A stretch of DNA of 64,000 bases, taken from the NCBI GenBank assembly GCA_001782475.1, contig MFOT01000024.1, positions 42,578 to 106,577 on the forward strand. The letters are read 5' to 3'. The position numbers were made by a program, and so were the translations under genes. The DNA is from Candidatus Levybacteria bacterium RIFCSPLOWO2_01_FULL_38_21 (GTDB lineage: Bacteria > Patescibacteriota > Microgenomatia > Levybacterales > UBA12049). Of the stretch, positions 1 through 6,911 are shown piece by piece (position 1 is the first letter of the stretch; every line of letters starts with the position of its first letter). The notes under the pieces were generated by a model. That model saw nothing but the letters and a program-made list of their open reading frames with translations. It was not told the origin of the DNA and ran no database searches.

Positions 1-18
1 GCCACGGAAAGATTTAGT

Positions 19-279
19 ATGGAATCTGGTGAGAGGTTAATAAAGAAGTTTTTTAAGAATGTGCAATTGCAAAAATACGCAAGTATAATTTCCGTAGATT
101 CTATTAACCCTTATCTTATCTACTGTAATACACTCCGCTATTTTTGGAATCAAGATTTTTCTGATTCCCAATGGAACGAAGTTATGGAATTTGTGAAAGA
201 GTACTTGCGGGAAATTTTAGCAAGACGTGGAGTAATAAAAGAAAGAAATATTTTTGGCATTTTTTTCGCTACAAGGTAA
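19..279 (+). CDS. hypothetical protein
   Basis: 86-aa ORF with no recognisable motif; sits directly upstream of the nucleotidyltransferase gene. Confidence 0.3.
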   Translation: MESGERLIKKFFKNVQLQKYASIISVDSINPYLIYCNTLRYFWNQDFSDSQWNEVMEFVKEYLREILARRGVIKERNIFGIFFATR

Positions 280-291
280 AAGATTAAGGAT

Positions 292-1002
292 ATGAAAAAA
301 GAAATTGAGGCTGTAATATTGGCGGGTGGACGAGGAAGAAGAATGGGCGAACTTACTGATTCAACTCAAAAATGTTTATTGCCCTTTAAAGACAAGCCAG
401 TACTCTTACATATTTTAGACACGATAAGCGATGCATTCGGATCAGCCAATGTTATAATAGCAACAGGCTATCATGGAGAAGATGTAAAAAAAATAGTTGG
501 AGATCAATATAGAAATATTCAAATAGAATACACCAATTCCCCTGAACAACTTGAAACTCGCAGAAGGCTTCTACTTGCAAAAAACTTACTGAAAGGACCT
601 TTTCTTCTGACTGCCGGAGATATAATTTATAATCCCGAACTCTTAACACAATTAGCTACTTCTTACGAAGCCAATAAAGTAGAAAGTATAATCGGCGCAA
701 TTTCAGTGAGCAGCCTCCACAAAGTAGCCCCTACTCACGCATTGATAGCTGTATCTGGAGGTTATGTAACGGAAATCACTTATCCTCCAACAACTACCTG
801 GCAAGCTAATCAGCTTAGAGAGATGGGTACTGCTTTTTATGATCATGATTTACTGCGCATCGCGGAACAGGCTTCTGCCAGCATTACACAAATAACAGAA
901 TTGATGATAGATGCTTTAAAAAATGGAGGGAAATTCCGAGCCGAACAGTATTTCTCGCAATGGTATCATTTTGCAACCCCAGAGGATTTAGTAAAATCTT
1001 GA
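292..1002 (+). CDS. sugar-phosphate nucleotidyltransferase (NTP_transferase family)
   Basis: N-terminal ILAGGRGRRMGELTDSTQKCLLPF matches the G-x-G-x-R signature of glucose-1-P nucleotidyltransferases. Confidence 0.7.
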   Translation: MKKEIEAVILAGGRGRRMGELTDSTQKCLLPFKDKPVLLHILDTISDAFGSANVIIATGYHGEDVKKIVGDQYRNIQIEYTNSPEQLETRRRLLLAKNLLKGPFLLTAGDIIYNPELLTQLATSYEANKVESIIGAISVSSLHKVAPTHALIAVSGGYVTEITYPPTTTWQANQLREMGTAFYDHDLLRIAEQASASITQITELMIDALKNGGKFRAEQYFSQWYHFATPEDLVKS

Positions 1003-1013
1003 AGATAGATAAC

Positions 1014-1040
1014 TCAAGCTCGACTTCTTCCCCGGATATA
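1014..1040. repeat. 27-bp direct repeat, left copy (TCAAGCTCGACTTCTTCCCCGGATATA)
   Basis: Exact 27-nt match with 3957..3983; the two copies bracket a 2.9-kb three-gene minus-strand cassette. Confidence 0.85.
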
Positions 1041-1069
1041 AATCGTAAATATTGGCAACAAACTTCCTT

Positions 1070-2071
1070 TCACCAATTTATACCCTTTTCTACTTCTTGA
1101 ATATACTGGTCAAAAGAATTAATTTCAACAATTGTCTTTCTACCAAAATAAAAAATAAATGCCTTTTTACGGAGAGCTTCATCATCTATGGCCCGACTTA
1201 TTTCAAACAACCATTTTCCATCCTGTCTTTGAATGGTTTGAGTACCAGCGTAAAAGAGCATTTTCTGTTCGTTCTCAGGCGAAATTGGTTCAACTTCCGT
1301 ATACGCTTGGATCATTTCACCGATAAATTGAGCCGCTTGCTGCGGAGTAATATATCCGAAGATGGAAAAGACGGGAATTTGACCGAAAAAGTTAGGTAAC
1401 ATATAGTCAGGGTCTCCAAAGTGGCAACAGTCAAAATCAATAGCCCTGACTGGTGAACCGGAATTGCCGAACAGGACGTTTTTTGGATGTCCGTCAGGCC
1501 AAACAAATTTTTGTTGACTTAAATACGTATTTCGCATCCGCTCTCCCCATGCGGGATATGCTAAATCTACCTCCATCCCCCGCGTCCAAATCTGTTCAAA
1601 CGGCTGCTCAATTGTAGAAAATGGCTGCCAATCGGCAGTTTCCTGTTTTAATTCTGCTAAAAATCTGCCTAGTGCGCGTGCGTGGATAGACTCTGCTTTA
1701 CCTTCAAGTAAATACGGGAAACCAAGTTGCGCATCTTGACCCACATCAGTCATAAGCAATACATCCTGCTCAGGATAAAACTGAAGCACATTCGGAACCA
1801 CAGTGGGAAAAAGCGGATGTAGATAAGTCAAAACTTCTGCTTCGGTGCGTATCCTCGTTTCAGACATAACTTGGCGTATGGGATAAAAGGAATCTCGATT
1901 CCTAGCGTGTTTAATAATTGTTGGTTGACCGTCTAATGCAGCCCTGAAGACCGTTGAAGTGTAACCGCCAGAAAGCAACTCAAAGTTGGTAGCTCTGATA
2001 CCTTGTTCAAATAGAAAAACTTGTAAACCGTCAGCTCCGTCAAGACTATAGGGATATTCTTTCATTTTCAT
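1070..2071 (-). CDS. phosphotransferase-family kinase (APH / MtnK / choline-kinase-like fold)
   Basis: DGHPKNVLFG ... VRAIDFDCCHFGDPDYML resembles the HGDxxxxN catalytic loop and IDFE/D motif of APH-family kinases. Start is probably at the MKMKEY Met (2071) rather than the ORF-track start (2107), because the next gene ends at 2046. Confidence 0.55.
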   Translation of the reverse strand: MKMKEYPYSLDGADGLQVFLFEQGIRATNFELLSGGYTSTVFRAALDGQPTIIKHARNRDSFYPIRQVMSETRIRTEAEVLTYLHPLFPTVVPNVLQFYPEQDVLLMTDVGQDAQLGFPYLLEGKAESIHARALGRFLAELKQETADWQPFSTIEQPFEQIWTRGMEVDLAYPAWGERMRNTYLSQQKFVWPDGHPKNVLFGNSGSPVRAIDFDCCHFGDPDYMLPNFFGQIPVFSIFGYITPQQAAQFIGEMIQAYTEVEPISPENEQKMLFYAGTQTIQRQDGKWLFEISRAIDDEALRKKAFIFYFGRKTIVEINSFDQYIQEVEKGINW

Positions 2072-3137
2072 TCGATTTCGCTTTCCAGTCTGGCCCAATA
2101 GATACAAGCGAAATAGCTGTCCTAAATTTATTTATGTCTATAGCTCCGTCGGTTGTTAGTGGTATAACTTCCCGCGTTTGTAGGAAGCAAGGAACCGCTG
2201 CTAATCCTACTGGCGTGGGAACGACCCGCATATGAATTTTGCGGCAGTTACCGCAATCCAAATCAGCGCAATGATCTTGAAAAAACTTGACTGCGGGTTT
2301 GGTTTTATCAGGATTTCCAGGCTCATGAAGATATACCTGGTTGAGTGATGGATAATAGTATGGCTCAAGATCAAATAAGTCGGCAATGTCGTTAAGTAAA
2401 GCCAGATATGCCTGTCTGGTTTCGTATTTAGTGCCCATAACTCCGTTGACTTCCAAGATATGTGTGGTCATAACTGGGCGATGCTTCATAGCCTCTCGTA
2501 GTACACTTAACACTCGTTCTTCATTGCCGGCATATACCACATTAATCTTTATGTCTCGGCCAGGCGTTTTCTCAAACTCCCCAGCTAAGGGAACTACTAC
2601 GTCCTGAAAAAGCTTGCGTCCCTCCGCACCGATAGTAGAATGATAAGGTTTAGACATTTCGCCTTCAATAAGTGAGTCAATGCCCAACGTTACTCTTTGA
2701 AGCGGAGAATCAACCATCATTGCTAGTTTTCGAGGACTTAAAAACGGAATCCCGTTAGTACTGATTCCCCATCTAATTCCTGGAAATTGCTCTTGCCAGT
2801 CATTACTAAGATTTCCAAGCAAAGTTTCTAAATGCCGGTATACTCCTGGATCACCGCCAGTCAACTTAATTGACTTAACTCCGAATTGCTGGGCAGTAGC
2901 GACTAATTGACCAATTGAATCTACGGAAACATCATATTCTGAAAGTTGTTCCCGTTTAGCCCAAGGAGGCGGTTGGCCTTCGTTGTGACAGTGTGGGCAA
3001 CGCAAATTACATCTAGGCGTGACTGACAGACGCAGATTGCGTCTACCTGGCATAACCGTTGGGGATGTTTCGACCTGAATTTGCTCAGGCGGAATGTTTT
3101 GAAAAACTTCGTTAGTAATTCGCTCTTTCATATACAC
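2046..3137 (-). CDS. radical SAM enzyme, MoaA/twitch-like, with a C-terminal auxiliary Cys cluster
   Basis: CNLRCPHCHNEG is a CxxxCxxC motif; KLTGGDPGV and GISTNG are MoaA-like; a second Cys cluster CADLDCGNCRK...C lies near the C-terminus. Confidence 0.7.
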   Translation of the reverse strand: MYMKERITNEVFQNIPPEQIQVETSPTVMPGRRNLRLSVTPRCNLRCPHCHNEGQPPPWAKREQLSEYDVSVDSIGQLVATAQQFGVKSIKLTGGDPGVYRHLETLLGNLSNDWQEQFPGIRWGISTNGIPFLSPRKLAMMVDSPLQRVTLGIDSLIEGEMSKPYHSTIGAEGRKLFQDVVVPLAGEFEKTPGRDIKINVVYAGNEERVLSVLREAMKHRPVMTTHILEVNGVMGTKYETRQAYLALLNDIADLFDLEPYYYPSLNQVYLHEPGNPDKTKPAVKFFQDHCADLDCGNCRKIHMRVVPTPVGLAAVPCFLQTREVIPLTTDGAIDINKFRTAISLVSIGPDWKAKSNENERISL

Positions 3138-3904
3138 GCAAGTATTGCTTTCGTCGATTTTTGATTTGTAACCAAAGTACTTTCTGAGTCTAATGTCCAG
3201 GCCCTACCATCAAGATCTAAAATTTCGCCGCCCGCTTCTTTGATAATGGACCATGCCGGGACAATTGCATAACGATCGGAATAATTATTTACCATTGCCT
3301 CAAGCCTTCCATGAGCCACATAGCAGATTGTTAATGCGACGGAACCGATGGCTCGTACAGTACATCTGCGACCAAGAGATGTAAACAAACGCACACCTTC
3401 CTCAATTTTTGCTTTACCCCTGCGCTTTTGCCAATCGACATTAATAAAAGCATGTTCGCCAAAAGGCCTTCGGGATACTGATATTTTTTTTCCGTTGCAA
3501 AAAGCACCTGTATGTTTTTGACCAATATATAGCTCGTCAAGCATTGGATCATATACGACTCCAAAAATTGGTTTTTTATTACGTATCAACCCCACCGCTA
3601 CCGCAAAGCCTGGTAGTCCATGGATAAAATTTCGTGTATTAGAAAGTGGATCGATATACCATTCGAACTCAGACGAGTTGGGCATTATGCCAGACTCCTC
3701 GCTGTAAACTGTATGGCTTGGATAAACAGCGGTAAGCGTTTTTATAATCAGTTTTTCAATCTGCGTATCAAAAGCGGTAACATAGCTTTGTTTTTCTTTT
3801 AGGGTATATCGTATCTTACTATCACAATTATTTCGAAGAAGAACACCTGCATCCCTAACAGCATCTATAACAGTCTTGTACATATATAAAAAAATCAGTG
3901 TCAA
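3128..3904 (-). CDS. inositol monophosphatase family phosphatase (IMPase / SuhB / CysQ-like)
   Basis: WYIDPLSNTRNF matches the WxIDPLDGT metal-binding motif; FGVVYDPMLDELY follows downstream. Start may instead be the MYKTV Met at 3883. Confidence 0.65.
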   Translation of the reverse strand: MTLIFLYMYKTVIDAVRDAGVLLRNNCDSKIRYTLKEKQSYVTAFDTQIEKLIIKTLTAVYPSHTVYSEESGIMPNSSEFEWYIDPLSNTRNFIHGLPGFAVAVGLIRNKKPIFGVVYDPMLDELYIGQKHTGAFCNGKKISVSRRPFGEHAFINVDWQKRRGKAKIEEGVRLFTSLGRRCTVRAIGSVALTICYVAHGRLEAMVNNYSDRYAIVPAWSIIKEAGGEILDLDGRAWTLDSESTLVTNQKSTKAILACI

Positions 3905-3956
3905 TTATACCAAATAGCACAAGGAAATGCGCGGATTCTAAAGCTGCAAAAGAACA

Positions 3957-3983
3957 TCAAGCTCGACTTCTTCCCCGGATATA
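3957..3983. repeat. 27-bp direct repeat, right copy
   Basis: Identical to 1014..1040. Confidence 0.85.
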
Positions 3984-4038
3984 CCTCCCCATAGCTTCGG
4001 TTCTTGACATTAGTCTTGATCTTGCCTAACATAAAAGA

Positions 4039-4758
4039 ATGGATACTAATCAGCTTCCTCAAGAACCACAAAAAAGGAAATTCAGCGGGCTATTGTTTTT
4101 GGAGGTTGGTTTAATTGAGGTATTCTCTGTTATTCTTGCACTGCTCCTGATTTTTGGAACCCTTAACTATTTTGGCATACTCCCCATCTCCGAATCCCTC
4201 CCCTTTCTTTCCTTTCTTCCGCAGAAACAAAAAACAATTACGAATAAAACTGTAAAAACCAGCACTCAATCAAAATCAAACAAGCAGTTGCCTATAGAGA
4301 TATTAAGAACCATCCCTGTCGTTGGCTGCCCAGTTGAACAAAATTTGTGTACGAATGGCGTAACTATTCCAGAATCTAAAGAAAATACCGCATCGCTTTC
4401 CGCAATCGCCTATAATTTAGAACAAGGGGCCACAGTCTCGGCTGTGATGAATGGTGATATAGAAATAAAAAATGAAAACATAAATGGACAAAAGCTGCTT
4501 ATATTAAGCATTATAAATAAATCAAGAAATATTAAGGTAAATTATGAATTTGAGATCAATTCATTCAGATATACAGCTTCTCAAGCTAATAAGACTGAGC
4601 AAGGAAAGGTCTTGGGGAATATAGTTGGTGAAGACACGATCAATCAATTTGGCAATAAATTTAATCTGATCTTTTCTGTCCAAAACCTAAATGCTCTCCA
4701 GTACCTCAAAATAAAACCTTCCCCAGACGGTAAAGGAATCCTCAACACTGGATTTTAA
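4039..4758 (+). CDS. hypothetical membrane-anchored protein
   Basis: N-terminal hydrophobic helix LLFLEVGLIEVFSVILALLLIFGTL; no catalytic motif. Confidence 0.35.
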   Translation: MDTNQLPQEPQKRKFSGLLFLEVGLIEVFSVILALLLIFGTLNYFGILPISESLPFLSFLPQKQKTITNKTVKTSTQSKSNKQLPIEILRTIPVVGCPVEQNLCTNGVTIPESKENTASLSAIAYNLEQGATVSAVMNGDIEIKNENINGQKLLILSIINKSRNIKVNYEFEINSFRYTASQANKTEQGKVLGNIVGEDTINQFGNKFNLIFSVQNLNALQYLKIKPSPDGKGILNTGF

Positions 4759-4919
4759 TTTTTAGTTCTTGACACAAATTTAGAATCCCATCTCTTGGAT
4801 AGTAGAATCGTACCAAAACACCCCTAGGGTATGCTCAAGAAAACTTCTTTAAAGTCTTACCGATGTGATCAGCCAGAACACTCCCTTGACTCACCCAAGA
4901 AACATGGTAAAATAATAGT

Positions 4920-5162
4920 ATGAATCAGACAATTACCGTATCTCAAGAAACAATCGAGGAAATTCTTACTCGTCTTGACAGACTCACTAGAGAAATAAAA
5001 GCTATTAGGACAAAACTTTTTGAAGAGGAACCGCCCTATGGAAGCGACGAGTGGTGGGAATGGTCTGATAAAAAATCGATCGAAGATTACAAAAAAGGTC
5101 GCTATACAGTGATTCGTTCAAAAAAAGAACTTAATGAATTTTTTAGTTCGTTAGGAAAATAA
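4920..5162 (+). CDS. putative antitoxin, partner of the RelE/ParE-like toxin
   Basis: 80-aa ORF; its stop lies 1 nt before the toxin gene start, the usual antitoxin-toxin gene order. Confidence 0.4.
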   Translation: MNQTITVSQETIEEILTRLDRLTREIKAIRTKLFEEEPPYGSDEWWEWSDKKSIEDYKKGRYTVIRSKKELNEFFSSLGK

Positions 5163-5163
5163 A

Positions 5164-5424
5164 GTGAAACAAATTCTTCTTACAAAAGGGACTGAGAGAT
5201 CTTTTAAACGGCTTCCAAAGAAGAATCAAGAAAAAACCAAGAAACAATTTGAACTTTTATTAGCCAATTATCGTCATCCTTCGCTTCGAGCACGCAAAAT
5301 GCCCGGAGCAAACTATTTCGAGGCAAGAATTGATATACACTACCGTTTTACTTTTAGTTTAGTGAGGAAAGGAATTTTAGTTCTGACTATTGGTCCCCAC
5401 GATGAAGGGTTAGGGAAAAAGTGA
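5164..5424 (+). CDS. RelE/ParE-family type II toxin
   Basis: C-terminal RKMPGANYFEARIDIHYRFTFSLVRKGILVLTIGPHDE follows the RelE/ParE pattern (G..L.e.R...YRiiy...d..v.vl.igHR). Confidence 0.6.
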   Translation: MKQILLTKGTERSFKRLPKKNQEKTKKQFELLLANYRHPSLRARKMPGANYFEARIDIHYRFTFSLVRKGILVLTIGPHDEGLGKK

Positions 5425-5433
5425 TTTAAACCT

Positions 5434-5462
5434 TGACAAAGACTATGAGATAGGATAGAATC
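5434..5462 (+). promoter_or_regulatory. sigma-70-like promoter (TTGACA, 17 nt, TAGAAT)
   Basis: cTTGACAaagactatgagataggaTAGAATcg lies 12 nt upstream of the ATG at 5474. Confidence 0.4.
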
Positions 5463-5473
5463 GCTTTTGTATT

Positions 5474-6262
5474 ATGGGGAATAGAATTGAAAAATCTCCA
5501 AGAAGAATGTCGAGAAGAAGGTTATTGAAGTTAGGAGGCTTGGCGGCTGGTGCTGTCGTCGCTAGCGCTTTGCTTGAAGCCTGCGGAGGCGGAGCTGAAA
5601 CGACAACTCCAAACCCAACTGCAGATGTATTGAAAACGGAAAGCCCGATGCCATCGGCAACCCCTATGGCAACCCAAGCTGCCGAATCCCCCATCCCAAC
5701 TGCTATTAGCACAGCGAAGCCGCCAGAACCAACCCCAACCCCAACAGAAGTATCTAAAGCCCCAGTCAATTGTGAAGTTCTCCCCCAGGAATTCTGCTCC
5801 CAGGGAAAAAGAATAACAATGGAACTTCAAGGGGAAAAACATGAGTACATTGCATTCAATTTACCCCCAGGTACTCCTATTCTTGCTCGATTTGATGGTC
5901 TTTTAGACAAAATCGAAGAGAGCGGTGATCCATTTTCCGGCTTTAGCGCAGTACTGACGCCTGATAACTATAGATCCTTTGATATTGCTAGAGGAGATAT
6001 CCATTTCGACGATATGATACAAAGGCAAGTAAGGCAGGGCGATGTAATTGGCTATGTGGGTGATGCAGGCATCAAGAATTTTGACTACAATGTTCTTTAC
6101 CTAATTAGTACTGCAAGTCCTGACGGACCGATTATTGATGAAGGAAAAATGAAGGAATTGTTTCCCGAGGCATTTGAAAAGGAGAGTGTAGAGATTACGT
6201 ATAATGGCCCTGTTAACCCCCCAGTATCCTACGACTATTCCTCTACCCCTCCAGGCCAATAA
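5474..6262 (+). CDS. Tat-signal lipoprotein with a degenerate (non-catalytic) LytM/M23 peptidase domain
   Basis: SRRRLLKLGGLAAGAVVASALLEAC is a twin-arginine signal with lipobox; a PT-rich linker follows; the C-terminal domain (HEYIAFNLPPGTPILARFDG ... QGDVIGYVGDAGIKNFDYNVLYL) aligns to the M23 HxxxD and G.IGyvGsTG..HLHFE motifs but lacks the catalytic Asp and His residues. Confidence 0.5.
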   Translation: MGNRIEKSPRRMSRRRLLKLGGLAAGAVVASALLEACGGGAETTTPNPTADVLKTESPMPSATPMATQAAESPIPTAISTAKPPEPTPTPTEVSKAPVNCEVLPQEFCSQGKRITMELQGEKHEYIAFNLPPGTPILARFDGLLDKIEESGDPFSGFSAVLTPDNYRSFDIARGDIHFDDMIQRQVRQGDVIGYVGDAGIKNFDYNVLYLISTASPDGPIIDEGKMKELFPEAFEKESVEITYNGPVNPPVSYDYSSTPPGQ

Positions 6263-6337
6263 AGCTAAGTGTAAGTAATTGTAGTAAAATTATTACTCCC
6301 CTTGACATATAATCTTTGCATATAGTAACTTTAGATT

Positions 6338-6910
6338 ATGGGGGTTTTATTTAAAAAACCAATTTTTTGGATTGGAATAATTATTGTATTAATAATTGGG
6401 CTTCTAATCCTTGTTCTCCAATCTACTAGTCCTAAGAATCTCAAAAATATTTCTCCAAAAATATCTGAGAAATCAAAATCAGGGCCAAAGCCCGGAACCT
6501 GCCTTATCTTAGAACAAAAATTCTGCTCCCAGGAAAAAAGAATAACAATAGAAGTTCAAGGGTTAAAACATGAGTACATTGCCTTCAATCTGCCCCCTGG
6601 CACTCCTCTTTTTGCTCGATTTGATGGTCTTTTAGACAAAACTAAAGAGAGTGATGCTCCATTTTCTGATTTTAGCGCGTCACTAACGTTTAATAATTAC
6701 AAATCTTTTGATATTATCAGAGGAGATTTTAGTTTCGACAGCATGCTACAGAAAAACGTAAAACAAGGCGAGATAATTGGCTATGTGGGCGATACAGGCG
6801 TCAAAGACTTTGGTTACAACGTTCTTTATCTAATTACTACTGCCGGCCCTAACGGACCGATTATTGATGAGGGAAAAATGAAAGAGTTATTTCCCAAGGT
6901 TCTAAAGTAA
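6338..6910 (+). CDS. membrane-anchored paralog with a degenerate LytM/M23 domain
   Basis: N-terminal TM helix; its C-terminal ~150 aa are near-colinear with 5474..6262 (HEYIAFNLPPGTPLFARFDG ... QGEIIGYVGDTGVKDFGYNVLYL). Confidence 0.5.
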   Translation: MGVLFKKPIFWIGIIIVLIIGLLILVLQSTSPKNLKNISPKISEKSKSGPKPGTCLILEQKFCSQEKRITIEVQGLKHEYIAFNLPPGTPLFARFDGLLDKTKESDAPFSDFSASLTFNNYKSFDIIRGDFSFDSMLQKNVKQGEIIGYVGDTGVKDFGYNVLYLITTAGPNGPIIDEGKMKELFPKVLK

Positions 6911-6911
6911 T

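Noticed and set aside
452-649. 65-aa minus-strand ORF inside the nucleotidyltransferase gene
   Set aside because: Antisense and entirely internal to a well-supported CDS; no motif; typical spurious AT-rich ORF.
1052-1506. Plus-strand ORFs (1052..1399, 1312..1506 region) overlapping the kinase gene
   Set aside because: Antisense to a long, motif-supported ORF; low-complexity translation.
5443-5842. Two minus-strand ORFs (108 and 103 aa) within the PT-rich region of the LytM-like lipoprotein gene
   Set aside because: Repetitive Pro/Thr/Ala codons produce open frames on both strands; the plus-strand gene has a signal peptide and a conserved domain.
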